Shown here piece after piece: positions 28,526 to 38,515 of a stretch of DNA of 64,000 nt (positions are counted from its first letter, which is position 1; the number at the start of each line of letters is the position of its first letter). The stretch covers positions 736,001 to 800,000 of the forward strand of contig JBPOGI010000002.1 of the NCBI GenBank assembly GCA_051251855.1, read 5' to 3'. Position numbers and translations under genes: made by a program. Origin of the DNA: Roseibacillus sp. (GTDB taxonomy: Bacteria; Verrucomicrobiota; Verrucomicrobiia; Verrucomicrobiales; Akkermansiaceae). The notes beneath the pieces were generated by a model, which was not told where the DNA came from, ran no database searches, and saw only the letters and a list, made by a program, of their open reading frames with translations.

Positions 28526-30550
28526 CTACTGGGCGGCTTGCCAGTAAGCGAGTTCTTCGCGGAGGGTTGCTTGGGAGGCGAGAGCTTCGTCGAGGGCCTT
28601 TTTGGGCTCGTCGAGTTTCTTTGCGAGGGGAGGGAGCTTTTGTTCGAGGCTCTTGAGGGATTCACGGCCGGCTTTGATGAGTCCGCGAATCTCGCCGCTT
28701 TGTTGGCGGAGGCTCTTGAGGCTTCCTGCGAGTTTATTGCGTTCTTCGTTTAGTTTCTTTGATTTGTTGACGAGCTCGCTTTCTTTCTTGGCCGATTCTT
28801 GTTGGTGCTTGGCGGCCTCTTGAAGTGGTTGGGTGAGCTCAGCGAGATCCTTTTTTTCGGCTTTCATTTTCTCGAGTTGGGTTGTGACCCTTTTTTGCTC
28901 TTCGATGGCTTTTTGTTTCGCTGCTCTTGCCTTGTCGAGGGCTGGTTTGTCTGTGGCAATTTGAGCCGCGAGATTTTTCACCTTCGAGTCGAACTCTTTG
29001 ATTTTTTTGTCGAGGTTTTTGACAGTGTCTTCGTTTTTTCTGAGCGCTTTGCGGGTGCCGTCGATGCTGCTGGCTATGGAGTCGCGTTCTTTGGCTACGG
29101 CTTGGAAGGTGGACTGAGCTTTGGTGACTTGTTGAGTTTGTTCCGCGACCTTTTTAGTGAGGTAGGCGAGACGATTTTTGAGGGTGGGTGGGTTGGATTC
29201 TAGAGTGGCGATGGGGGCTTTGTTACTGGAAACGTCGTAGGCGAGAACTTCGCCATTGTAGTCAGCCATGAATAGATGTTTACCGTCTTGCGAGAGGGCG
29301 GTGGCGGTGATGACTTCAGGGAGGTTCTTGAAGGAGGCTTTTTCGTTGAAGTCGGGTTTGAAGATTTTGACGGTGCGGTCGCGCCCGGCGGTGACGAGGT
29401 GGCCGTCTCGGTGGTAGTGGAGGGCAGTGACGCCTTGGTTGTGCGCTTTGATTTTCTTGGCGGGGGAGCCTTTTTTCATGTCCCAGATGATGAGTTGGCC
29501 GTCTTCGCTGGTGCTGGCGAGGAGTTTGGAGTCGGAGCGGAAAGCGAGGGCGGTGACTCCGCCTTGATGGTCGCGGAGGGCGTGGATTTCGTTGCCGTTG
29601 AGGTCCCAGACGTGGATGCCTCCATTACGGTCGCCACTGGCGAAGAACTTGCCATTGGGTGAAGCGGCGAGGGCGGTGATCCAGTCGGTGTGCTTCTTGA
29701 TAGATTGGGTTTGGGCGTTCTCGCGGGTGTTCCAAATTTTGAGAAGGCGCAGGGGACCGCCGAGGGCGACGGTGGCAAGGTCGGGAGTGATGGCGGTGGC
29801 GAGGACGGAGTCGAACTCGCGGCCAGCGGTGAAGAGCTCTTTGCCGGTGGTGATGTCCCAAGCGATGGCTTGTCCTGATTTGCCGGCGATGCCTCCACCA
29901 GCGAGGAGGTATTTCCCGGAGGGATGGAAGGTGAGGGTCTCGGGTTGGCCTTTGGGGAAGGGAAGACTGCCGAGAAAGCGGAAGGTTTCGCTGTGGTAGA
30001 GGAGGATTTGTTTTTGGCCGGTGAGGGCGATGAGGGGTGCCCAAGGGGAGGCGGTCATCGCTTTGACGAGACCAGCGCGGGGAGCGACGAAGGAGGGGTC
30101 GAGAGAGAGGGCGGCCGGCATGGGGGGAGGGCCTTCGGGCTTGCCGGCGGTGGTGTCGATGGCGAGATCGAATTTAGGCTTGGCGGCTTTTTTGGCGGAG
30201 GAGTCTTTGGTTTCTAACATGCCGCCGTCGATCCAAGCGCGGATGAGTCCGGAGGCTTTGCGGTCAATCTTATCGCCTTCGGGGGGCATGACTGGTTCTT
30301 CGGTTCCGGTGGTGACGGTGTAGAGCTTGGAGCTGCCACCGTCGCCGGGGACGGCGACTTTGCCGCCGGAGCCGCCGATCATGAGGGCGGGGTAGGAAGA
30401 GAGGTCGAGATCTCCTTTCTTTTTGTCAGGGTTGTGGCAATTGAGACAGGATTGCTCGAAGATGGGGAAGATATGATCGTCGTAGGTAATCTTCTCCTGG
30501 CCTTGAAGCGGGAAGCTTAAGAGGAGTGGGAGGAGGAGAAGGAATTTCAT
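28526..30550 (-). CDS. Planctomycete cytochrome c + WD40 repeat + coiled-coil protein
   Basis: Signal peptide, CLNCH...MPP...WIDGG, WD40 repeats (HTDWITALA, HQGGVTALAF), Lys/Glu-rich coiled-coil tail. Confidence 0.85.
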   Translation of the reverse strand: MKFLLLLPLLLSFPLQGQEKITYDDHIFPIFEQSCLNCHNPDKKKGDLDLSSYPALMIGGSGGKVAVPGDGGSSKLYTVTTGTEEPVMPPEGDKIDRKASGLIRAWIDGGMLETKDSSAKKAAKPKFDLAIDTTAGKPEGPPPMPAALSLDPSFVAPRAGLVKAMTASPWAPLIALTGQKQILLYHSETFRFLGSLPFPKGQPETLTFHPSGKYLLAGGGIAGKSGQAIAWDITTGKELFTAGREFDSVLATAITPDLATVALGGPLRLLKIWNTRENAQTQSIKKHTDWITALAASPNGKFFASGDRNGGIHVWDLNGNEIHALRDHQGGVTALAFRSDSKLLASTSEDGQLIIWDMKKGSPAKKIKAHNQGVTALHYHRDGHLVTAGRDRTVKIFKPDFNEKASFKNLPEVITATALSQDGKHLFMADYNGEVLAYDVSSNKAPIATLESNPPTLKNRLAYLTKKVAEQTQQVTKAQSTFQAVAKERDSIASSIDGTRKALRKNEDTVKNLDKKIKEFDSKVKNLAAQIATDKPALDKARAAKQKAIEEQKRVTTQLEKMKAEKKDLAELTQPLQEAAKHQQESAKKESELVNKSKKLNEERNKLAGSLKSLRQQSGEIRGLIKAGRESLKSLEQKLPPLAKKLDEPKKALDEALASQATLREELAYWQAAQ

Positions 30551-30652
30551 GGGATGGGATTACGCGATATTAGTTACTCGTTTTTAGGGGGAGGTGATTT
30601 GGTTGTTAGGGGAATGTGGGATTTTGATTGGTGGAGGTGGTGAGGTTGAGTC

Positions 30653-30682
30653 AAAAGCGGTGCGCAGCACCGCACTCCAAAG
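30653..30682 (-). repeat. REP-like palindrome
   Basis: Minus strand CTTTGGAGTGCGGTGC-TGC-GCACCGCTTTT. Confidence 0.55.
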
Positions 30683-30685
30683 GAC

Positions 30686-33493
30686 CTAGTGGTTGAAGAT
30701 GAATTCTTTGGAGTTGAGGAGGGCCCAGAAGAGGTCGTGGTAGAATTCTGTTTTGGCTTCGTCGGTGGCTTCTTTGCGGGTGCTGAGGAGGTGTTGGAGC
30801 TCGGCGGAGTTGGGTTCGCGGGTGAAGGTGCGCAAGTAGAGGGCAGAGATGATTTTTGTGGGGTCGTTGCCGTGTTCTTCTTTGAGAGTTTTGATGAGCT
30901 TGCCACGAATGATGCGCTCGTGGGTGGAGTCGCCGTTGAGCATGTGAAGGGCTTGCGAGAGGTTGGGTTCCATAACGACTTCACAAGAGCAAACGGTGGC
31001 ACGGGTGGCGCGACCGAAGGTGGTGAGAAAGTCGTTGGTGGTGCCTCCATCCGCGATTTGCACGGCGCGGGAACCGACGGGGAGTCCGCGGAATTTGTTG
31101 GGGGTGTTGGTGACTTGGGCGATGACGTCGAGGAGGACTTCGGCACGCATACGACGCACGCGGGACTTGGAGAAGTTGGTTTCGTCGAGGGTGTTGGTCT
31201 CGTTGGCGTGAGTGGAGAGCTGGTAGGTGCGCGAATTGCAGATGTCGCGCACCAGCTTCTTGATGTCGAAGTTGTAAGCGGTGAGCTTTTCGCCCAAGGC
31301 GGCAAAGAGTTCAGGATTGGAGGGAGGGTTGGAGATACGGGCGTCGTCTACGGGGTCGACGATGCCGACTCCAAAGAAGTGATCCCAGACGATGTTAGAG
31401 ATGTTGCTGGCGAACCAGGGGTTGTCCTTGGAGGTGAGCCATTCGGCGACGGCTTCGCGGCGGGAGGCGTCAGTTTTTTCGAGAGTTGCCCCTCCGAGGA
31501 AGGTGGGGGGAGCGTTTTTATTAGTGACGGGGTTTTTGATTTCGCCGTTGGCATCGTAAACAATTTGCTCGTGGGGGTCTTCGGCACGCTTGCGTTTGAC
31601 CTGGGAGAAGAAACTGGCGAATCCGTAGTAGTCGTCCATGGTCCAGCGGTCGAAGGGATGGTTGTGGCATTGGGCGCATTGGATGCGGGTGCCTAGGAAG
31701 ACTTGGGCCACGTTCTCGGTGACTTTCTTGATGTCGGCTTCGAGCTTGTAGTAGTTGGTCTGCGGTTGGGTAAGGGTGCCACCGGGAGTGGCGAGTTGCT
31801 CGCGCACGATTTGGTCGAAGGGAGTGCCGGAGGCGATTTTTTCGCGGAGCCATTCATACCAGAGGGTGGCGGCCTTGTAGGTGATTTGATTGGAGTTGTT
31901 GCCGGTGGAGCGAATCTGGAGGAGTTCGGCCCACTTCATGACCCAGATTTCGGTGAACTCCTTGCGTTCGATGAGTTGGTCGATGAGTTGGGAACGTTTG
32001 TCGGGGGAAGAGTCAGCGAGGAAGCTGGCGCGCTCTTCGCGGCTGGGGAGGAGACCGATGAGGTCGAGGTAGACGCGGCGGACGAAGTCCTCGTCGGTGG
32101 CGAGCTTGGAGGGGATGATACGGAGCTTGTGAAGTTTTTCGTGAACGTGATCGTCGATGTAGTTTTGAGATTGGATACTAGGTTTCTGGTAGTTGGATTG
32201 GGCGGGAATGACGATGTTCTGGCTGCCTTCGGTAAAGGTGTGGAAGCGCGCCATGAGGAAGGCTTCGCCTCGCTGGGCAGAAACCGTTTTTCCGCTGTTA
32301 GGGTCGACTTTGACGGAGCTGTCGTTGGAGCTGGTGAAGCTGGAAAGGCTGGTGACGTCGCGATCGGTTCCATCGGCATACTCGGCGCGGACGGTGAGTT
32401 GCATGCGCTGGCGGGGGCCTTTGAGAACGGTTTGGGCGGGTTCGACGGTGATGCTGGTGGGAAGGGCGATGTCGGCGGGATCGTATTTGGCGCCGTCTTG
32501 CAGCCAGCGAAGCATAGTGGAGTAGAAGGGGTGGTCTTTCTCGAAAAGTTTGCCGCCGGTGTGGGGAACGGCGCCGATGGACTTGGTGAGGAGGAGGGAT
32601 TCCTCGGGGATGGCGAGGTTGATACGGCGGCCTAGTTGTTCGCGGGTGATGCGGTTGTAGTCGCCCTTGGGGTCGTAGCCAAAAAGAGAGAGCATGAAGC
32701 CGTCTTGCCCGCGCGCGGAGCCGTGGCAAGAGCCGGTGTTGCAGCCGCCGGCGGTAAAGATGGGAACAATGTCTTGCTGGAAGGAGACGGTGCGCTCGCG
32801 GGTGGCGTCTTTGACAGTGAGAGGGATTTCCTGGCTCTGGCCTCGGAATTCGATTTTGATGGTGGTGGTTCCGTCGGCGAGAGGGCGAAGGGTGGTGCCT
32901 TCGAGTTTGGCAAGCTTGGGATCACTGAGGGTGAGCTTGGCGGAGGCGCTGACGTCGCGAGTGGTGGCGTCTTTGGAGGTGGCTAGGATGACGAGGCGGT
33001 GGAAGTCGGAGGAGGTTTCGAGGGAGACTTGGGAGGGGAAGACTTCGATGTGAGCGAGTTGGGGATCGAGTTGGTGGGGGTCTTCGAGGGGAGCGGTCTT
33101 TTCCTTGGGTTCGAGAATGATGCCTTTGGGCCAAGGTGCGCCAGCGAGAAGCCATTTTTCCATGACGGTGATTTCGCCGGGTGTGAGTGCTTCGCGGGAG
33201 ACTTTTTTGGAAGAGGGGGGCATGAATTCGTCTTCCTCTTGGGGGAGACGAACGCGGCGCAGGAGTTCGGAGTTTTTGGGGGCCTTTTTGTTAAAGGCGA
33301 GTTCTTCGTCGCCTCCGAGGAGAAAGTCGTCGTGGGTGTGGAGCTTGAGTCCGCCTTTGCCTTCGTCAGCATGGTGACACTCAAGGCAGTTTTGTTCGAG
33401 GATGGGGCGGACGGCCTCGAAGTGGGCATTGGCCCAGATTCCGCATGTGCTGATGAGGAAGATGAGGCTGCTGAGGATGGAGGGACGAGACAT
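30686..33493 (-). CDS. DUF1549/DUF1553 protein with N-terminal cytochrome c and Ig-like domains
   Basis: CLECH, GCNTGSCHG, FVRRVYLDLIG, CAQCHNHPFD, GIVDPVDD, AEVLLD, WALLNSKEFIFNH; start MSRPS. Confidence 0.85.
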   Translation of the reverse strand: MSRPSILSSLIFLISTCGIWANAHFEAVRPILEQNCLECHHADEGKGGLKLHTHDDFLLGGDEELAFNKKAPKNSELLRRVRLPQEEDEFMPPSSKKVSREALTPGEITVMEKWLLAGAPWPKGIILEPKEKTAPLEDPHQLDPQLAHIEVFPSQVSLETSSDFHRLVILATSKDATTRDVSASAKLTLSDPKLAKLEGTTLRPLADGTTTIKIEFRGQSQEIPLTVKDATRERTVSFQQDIVPIFTAGGCNTGSCHGSARGQDGFMLSLFGYDPKGDYNRITREQLGRRINLAIPEESLLLTKSIGAVPHTGGKLFEKDHPFYSTMLRWLQDGAKYDPADIALPTSITVEPAQTVLKGPRQRMQLTVRAEYADGTDRDVTSLSSFTSSNDSSVKVDPNSGKTVSAQRGEAFLMARFHTFTEGSQNIVIPAQSNYQKPSIQSQNYIDDHVHEKLHKLRIIPSKLATDEDFVRRVYLDLIGLLPSREERASFLADSSPDKRSQLIDQLIERKEFTEIWVMKWAELLQIRSTGNNSNQITYKAATLWYEWLREKIASGTPFDQIVREQLATPGGTLTQPQTNYYKLEADIKKVTENVAQVFLGTRIQCAQCHNHPFDRWTMDDYYGFASFFSQVKRKRAEDPHEQIVYDANGEIKNPVTNKNAPPTFLGGATLEKTDASRREAVAEWLTSKDNPWFASNISNIVWDHFFGVGIVDPVDDARISNPPSNPELFAALGEKLTAYNFDIKKLVRDICNSRTYQLSTHANETNTLDETNFSKSRVRRMRAEVLLDVIAQVTNTPNKFRGLPVGSRAVQIADGGTTNDFLTTFGRATRATVCSCEVVMEPNLSQALHMLNGDSTHERIIRGKLIKTLKEEHGNDPTKIISALYLRTFTREPNSAELQHLLSTRKEATDEAKTEFYHDLFWALLNSKEFIFNH

Positions 33494-33612
33494 TGGCTCG
33501 CGATAGAACGTGCATTTTTGTGCGCTTCTATCGCAGGAAGTGTGTCGTGGGGTGCAGCCACGTTGAGGATTCGACGACTGAAATCGATGCTCCCATTGGG
33601 ATGAGAGGAGAG

Positions 33613-34248
33613 CTAGCCGCGCCAAGTTTTGTTTTCGCCTCGGGTGTCGAGGTGAATGAAGGTCTTGTAAAGGCCGATACCACCTTGGAAGTAGCCTTCG
33701 TCACGGAGGTCGCGGGCGATGGAGTAGGCTTCGCGAGGTCCGCCTTCGAAGACGAGGTCGAGAGCGCAATTCTTGGTGTGCCAAGAGCCGGAAGCGCCTC
33801 CGCAGGCTCGGTTGTAGGTGGGGTTACGGTAGGCGGAAGTGATGAGCTTCAATGGCTTACCGAGGCGTTCACGAATTTCGTCGGCGACGAACAGGGTGGC
33901 GGGCATGGCAGGCCAGAGCTCGATGGGCGGAAGGGTGTTCGTAATTCCGCGCGTGGATTGGCGGTGGGGATTGATGATTTCCTGAGGCTGGATGTGGCGC
34001 AGGTTGAATCGGGCGAGGAATTCCTCGTAGGTGAGAGGCTCGGTGGCGGCTGGATCTGGTAAGGGGGCAGGAGATTCGGCAACCAAGGGTTCCGCGGGAG
34101 TTGATGGGAAGGCGGTTGCTTCGACCTCAGGGGCCGGGGGAAGGCTGAGCCTCGAGAGAGACTTTGCCGTCAAGGCGGTGCCGAGGGAGAGGAGGCTGGC
34201 TGATTGTAACCAGCGACGGCGAGTAGGGGTATTCGTCGTTTCAAGCAT
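33613..34248 (-). CDS. Peptidase M15A / YcbK-like Zn metallopeptidase with Tat-like signal
   Basis: TRRRWL, ITSAYRNPTYN, SWH, ALD, GGIGLY, FIHLDTRG. Confidence 0.85.
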   Translation of the reverse strand: MLETTNTPTRRRWLQSASLLSLGTALTAKSLSRLSLPPAPEVEATAFPSTPAEPLVAESPAPLPDPAATEPLTYEEFLARFNLRHIQPQEIINPHRQSTRGITNTLPPIELWPAMPATLFVADEIRERLGKPLKLITSAYRNPTYNRACGGASGSWHTKNCALDLVFEGGPREAYSIARDLRDEGYFQGGIGLYKTFIHLDTRGENKTWRG

Positions 34249-34339
34249 TTCGCTCCGGAATAGTTAAGGAATCCGAACTAAAAAGAAAGCTCGAATTACG
34301 TTCGCTTGAGTAGTGGTTTTGGGGGCGAGGTGCAATAAG

Positions 34340-34969
34340 CTAGCGTAAGGGCCGTGCTTTGGGGGATTTAGGGCCCGATGGAGGAGGGGGAATGATTTCA
34401 GCGTTCTCGAGCTTTTGCCTCCAAATTGTGTTCTCTACGGCGACGGACATGAGGTGTTCTTCATGGTTGCAGCGTTGTCTGTTTTTCCAAAAGACACTTG
34501 CGAAAAACAGGAGCGCAAGAAAGGAGAGTGAGAAGAACCAGAGGAGAGCTGAGCAGAGGATGCTATGAAGCAGATAGCTAGAGTCGAAGGCCCACTCGTT
34601 AAAGGCTCCGGTGAGGCAGATTTGTTGGATGGCTGCAAAGATGAAGAATCGTTTGGCGGTGGGGGCTTCACACCGCATGTAATAGAATACAGCGACGAAG
34701 GCATTGGGAAGGGCTATAAAAGCGAAGGCAGAGGTCATGACCCAGAGCGGTACCATGAGAAGGCTAGAACCGCTGAGGGAGGGAAGAAAGTAGGAACCGG
34801 AGAGTGGGGTGAAACTGAGTAGGAACTGAGCCGATAGGGCGCTGATGAAAGCAAAAAGACTGCCAAGAATGATGCAGCCAATAAAACCAAAAGCGCGCTG
34901 GAGGGCTTCCCATATGGCGAGTCCGAAGACTTCTTCAGGGTCGATGGGGATCATGTTCTTAGTTAACAA
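34340..34969 (-). CDS. Hypothetical membrane protein
   Basis: About 4 hydrophobic segments; fills the gap between genes; start uncertain (34969 or 34954). Confidence 0.6.
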   Translation of the reverse strand: MLTKNMIPIDPEEVFGLAIWEALQRAFGFIGCIILGSLFAFISALSAQFLLSFTPLSGSYFLPSLSGSSLLMVPLWVMTSAFAFIALPNAFVAVFYYMRCEAPTAKRFFIFAAIQQICLTGAFNEWAFDSSYLLHSILCSALLWFFSLSFLALLFFASVFWKNRQRCNHEEHLMSVAVENTIWRQKLENAEIIPPPPSGPKSPKARPLR

Positions 34970-35120
34970 CTTGTTTTCGTTTTGGCAAAATCTGAATTGT
35001 GACTTGGTAAGCTGTTTTTGAGTGGGGGCAGTTACGGTGCTTTTTGGACAAAGGTGTTATCGAGTCTCGTTTAGGAATTGGAGCAGGCGTCAGAGGGCGC
35101 TAGTTTCTTGGAAACGCTTT

Positions 35121-36863
35121 ATGAGAAAACTCTTTTCGGTTCTGTGGCCTTTCCTCTTGGCGGGGTTGGGTGGCTTGTTGCTGGCGCTCTGCTTTGCTCC
35201 CTTCAATTTGCCTGATCTCGTTTGGTTGGCTCCGGTCTGTCTGTTGGCGGCGGTTTGGTTGGGGGTGGGTGACGTGCGTTATAAGAGAAAGGGGTTCTTA
35301 ATAGGCTGGGTTGCGGGTTTGGTGTTTTGGGGCGTGAATTTGAAGTGGTTGAGCACGGTGACGGGGGGAGCGTATTTTATCTTAGCAGGATATCTCGCGG
35401 TTTATTTTGCGTTGTTTGGATTGTTCGCTTCTTCGGTGGGGAATCCGTTTCGAGGGGGAGTTCGCTTGAGGGGAAAAAGGGAAGTGGCGTTGCGGTCTCT
35501 TGGTTTTGCTACGCTCAATGCGGGGTTGTGGTGTGGGTTGGAGTGGGTGCGGGGGCATGTTTTGACAGGCTTTAGTTGGAATGGATTAGGAGCTGCTTTT
35601 CACGCCCGCTTGCCTTTGGCGCAGGGTGCGGAGTTGGTGGGAGTAGCTGGATTGGCGTTTTTGCCGGTCTTTGTGGCTGGGGTGATGGTGCAAGTGGGGG
35701 TGCGTTTGGTGGAGGGGACGAAGGCGGGAAAGATAGAGCGTCATTGGGACTTTGCGGTGATGGTGTTGCTGTTGATTGGGTGCTTTACTTACGGAGTCTT
35801 TCGGATGGCGGCGATTCATCGTTCGCCGAGTGATGAGTTGCGGGTGTTGTTGGTTCAGATGGATATTCCACAGGTGGCAGGGCAGGTGTTGTGGACGGGT
35901 AGGCAGGTGCATGAGGGTTATGAGGGGGAGACTCGGGCTGCTTTGGCACGAGTGGATGAACGAAATGAGAAGTTGATTGCGGAGGCTGAAGGAGAAGTGG
36001 AGTTGGAGGCGATTGATTGGGTGGTCTGGCCGGAGGTGGTGCTGTATGGAATTCTGCTGAATGATGGCGGGGAGAATATGGCGCTGTATGAGCCGTCATC
36101 CTCTACCATTGAGCGGATGCGGGACGCGGGGGTGCGGAATTTAGTGGCAGGGGTTTGGGAGGTGGAGGCGGAACGGGTGGAAGGAGGAATCCGACCCAAA
36201 GAGGATGCGACACAATATAACGCTCTTCTGGCGGTGGACCCGAATGGAGAGTTGGCAACGCATCGGAAGCAGCATTTGGTGATCTATGGGGAGTTCATTC
36301 CTTTTGTGGATTCGGTGAAGTGGTTGGGTGATATTTACGAAAAGGTGGCGGGAGTTCCTTGGTCAGGGAATCTTGGGCGTGGCACGGGTTCGGAAAGTTT
36401 TTCGCTGCCGGGGGCAGGGGGAGAGGTGAAGGTGATTCCGTCGATTTGCTTTGAGGATACGGTGCCGCGAGTGGTGAGGAAGTTCAGTAAGGGGCCCAGA
36501 GAGGTGATTTTGAACATTACCAACGATGGCTGGTTCGGCGAAAGCGAAGGGTCGCAGCAGCACTTTGACAATGCACTCTTTCGAGCCATTGAGTTGCGGC
36601 GTCCGATGCTGCGGGCGGCGAATCGAGGAGTGACGGGGGTGGTTTCGGCGACGGGGAGCTTAATGAATTATGAGACGGGGGAACGGCAGATTTTGGAAGA
36701 TGAGAAGGGGCGTCCTTTTCAGCGGGGAAGTGTTTATGCCAAGGCGCATATCTTGAGAAAAGGGGGGCCGACTTTGTATGCGCGGGTGGGCGACTTGTTT
36801 TCGGTGCTAGGGCTGGTAGCTGCGCTGTGCTGGGGAGTGGTGCGCTGGCGGTTGCAAAAGTGA
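35121..36863 (+). CDS. lnt: Apolipoprotein N-acyltransferase
   Basis: LEWVRG..LTGFSW, VVWPE, YNA, KQHLVIYGEFIP, ICFED, NITNDGWFG, RAIELRRPMLRAANRG. Confidence 0.95.
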   Translation: MRKLFSVLWPFLLAGLGGLLLALCFAPFNLPDLVWLAPVCLLAAVWLGVGDVRYKRKGFLIGWVAGLVFWGVNLKWLSTVTGGAYFILAGYLAVYFALFGLFASSVGNPFRGGVRLRGKREVALRSLGFATLNAGLWCGLEWVRGHVLTGFSWNGLGAAFHARLPLAQGAELVGVAGLAFLPVFVAGVMVQVGVRLVEGTKAGKIERHWDFAVMVLLLIGCFTYGVFRMAAIHRSPSDELRVLLVQMDIPQVAGQVLWTGRQVHEGYEGETRAALARVDERNEKLIAEAEGEVELEAIDWVVWPEVVLYGILLNDGGENMALYEPSSSTIERMRDAGVRNLVAGVWEVEAERVEGGIRPKEDATQYNALLAVDPNGELATHRKQHLVIYGEFIPFVDSVKWLGDIYEKVAGVPWSGNLGRGTGSESFSLPGAGGEVKVIPSICFEDTVPRVVRKFSKGPREVILNITNDGWFGESEGSQQHFDNALFRAIELRRPMLRAANRGVTGVVSATGSLMNYETGERQILEDEKGRPFQRGSVYAKAHILRKGGPTLYARVGDLFSVLGLVAALCWGVVRWRLQK

Positions 36864-36976
36864 GGAAGGTTTGGAGTGGCCTTTTTAGGGGTATGTTTGG
36901 CACAGTCCTGTCTGCAAAGTCTTGTCGATTCGAATTTGAAAAGATAGACTTTGGCGGAACAAACAACTGCACTTTT

Positions 36977-37510
36977 ATGAATAGAACACTTCCTTTTGCG
37001 CCTTTGATGTTGCTGGCGTTTTTTCTCTTTGGCTGTCAGGCAATGAAGCCTGTTCCGTTGACTCCTTTTGCTGATGGCGAGCATTGGGTAGTAGAAGCTC
37101 CGCTTGTTTACGAACGGGCGAGTAATGGTGAGGTCTATGAGGTGCCCGAGGGATTCGTGACGGACTTTGCGAGTATTCCGCGTCCGTTGTGGCCCATCTA
37201 TCCTAAGACGGGTCGCTACCAGTTGGCGGCGGTGGTGCATGATTATCTCTACTGGGACCAGTCGCTCACGCGTAAGCAGGCGGACGACGTTTTTCTGGAG
37301 GGTATGAAGGAGTCCGAGGTTCCAAAGAAGGACCGCTTTATTATCTATCAGGCGGTGCGAAAGGGTGGCGAAAAAGCTTGGAAGAACAATGCGGCGCAGA
37401 AGGCGGCAGGAAAGCCTCGCATCATTCCCGACGAGCATCGAGATATCCCAGCTAACACAGAGTGGGCGGAGTATCGCGAGCATCTTTATAAAGAAGGCGT
37501 GCGTCCTTAG
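36977..37510 (+). CDS. DUF1353-family lipoprotein
   Basis: Lipobox LFGC, VPEGFVTDFASIPR, AAVVHDYLY, ADDVFLEGM, AVRKGG. Confidence 0.85.
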   Translation: MNRTLPFAPLMLLAFFLFGCQAMKPVPLTPFADGEHWVVEAPLVYERASNGEVYEVPEGFVTDFASIPRPLWPIYPKTGRYQLAAVVHDYLYWDQSLTRKQADDVFLEGMKESEVPKKDRFIIYQAVRKGGEKAWKNNAAQKAAGKPRIIPDEHRDIPANTEWAEYREHLYKEGVRP

Positions 37511-37534
37511 CGGTGGCTGGCTAGCGTTTGCGTG

Positions 37535-38515
37535 ATGGAAGGAGTAACCATTCATGGATGCGGGTTGGCTGGGGTCTTTGTGGGCTGGCGGCTGTGGCAA
37601 CGGGGTGTTGGCTTTCGTCATGTGGGCGAGCAAGGCGTGGGCGCTTCGTGGGCGGCGGCAGGTTTGGTTAATCCGGTGACGGGCAAGGGGATGAATTTGG
37701 GCTGGCGCCTCGGGGAGTTTTTGGAGGAGATGCGGGAGTTCTATCTCGATGCGGGGTCGATCTTGGGGCGGCACTATTTCAAGGAGGTGCCGGTGTTGCG
37801 GGTCTTTGCGGATGAAAAAGAGAGGGCGAAGTTTGAGGCGAAAAAGCCAGAGTTGGAGCCTTGGATTTGTGATGTCTATCCGGTGCTGACGGATGTGAAG
37901 GAAGGGGGCTTTGGTGGAGTGGAGTGGAACGGTGGTGGATGGGTAGATGTGCGTTCGTTTTTGCGGGATTCGCTCAAGTTTTTTGAGGAAGAAGGAGGGG
38001 TGGGGGCTCCGGGGCCTAGGGTAGATGTCTATTGTGAGGGGATAAAGGGGCTGTTGGAGGGGGAGTTTTCGTTTTTGCCCAATCGCTTAGCTAAGGGAGA
38101 GATTTTGGAAGTGGAGGTTCCGGGGTGGAATGAGGAGCGGATTCTGAATCGTCGCGGTTGGAGTATTCCGATTGGCAATGATTGTTATCGGGTGGGAGCA
38201 ACTTACGAATGGGATGATTTGACGAATGAGCCCACGGAGAAGGGAAGGGTGAAGTTGGAGTCCTTGGTGCGAGAGTTTACCGACTTGCCGTTTGAGGTGA
38301 GGAATCATGTGGCGGGGGTTCGTCCTATTGTTCGAAATAGTGAGCCGGTGGTGGGAGCTCATCCACAGGACTCTTCCAGTTATGTCTTGAATGGGTTGGG
38401 TTCGAAGGGCTGTCTTTATGGTCCCAAGGTGGCTCAGCAATTGGTGGAGCTGGTTCTGGATGGCCGCGCGGTGGATGAGGAACTGAATTTGAGTGCCTTT
38501 GGGGAACCGTCCTGA
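37535..38515 (+). CDS. FAD-dependent oxidoreductase, DAO/glycine-oxidase family
   Basis: IHGCGLAG, ASWAAAGLVNP, KGEIL, VGATY, AGVRP, LNGLGSKG. Confidence 0.85.
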   Translation: MEGVTIHGCGLAGVFVGWRLWQRGVGFRHVGEQGVGASWAAAGLVNPVTGKGMNLGWRLGEFLEEMREFYLDAGSILGRHYFKEVPVLRVFADEKERAKFEAKKPELEPWICDVYPVLTDVKEGGFGGVEWNGGGWVDVRSFLRDSLKFFEEEGGVGAPGPRVDVYCEGIKGLLEGEFSFLPNRLAKGEILEVEVPGWNEERILNRRGWSIPIGNDCYRVGATYEWDDLTNEPTEKGRVKLESLVREFTDLPFEVRNHVAGVRPIVRNSEPVVGAHPQDSSSYVLNGLGSKGCLYGPKVAQQLVELVLDGRAVDEELNLSAFGEPS

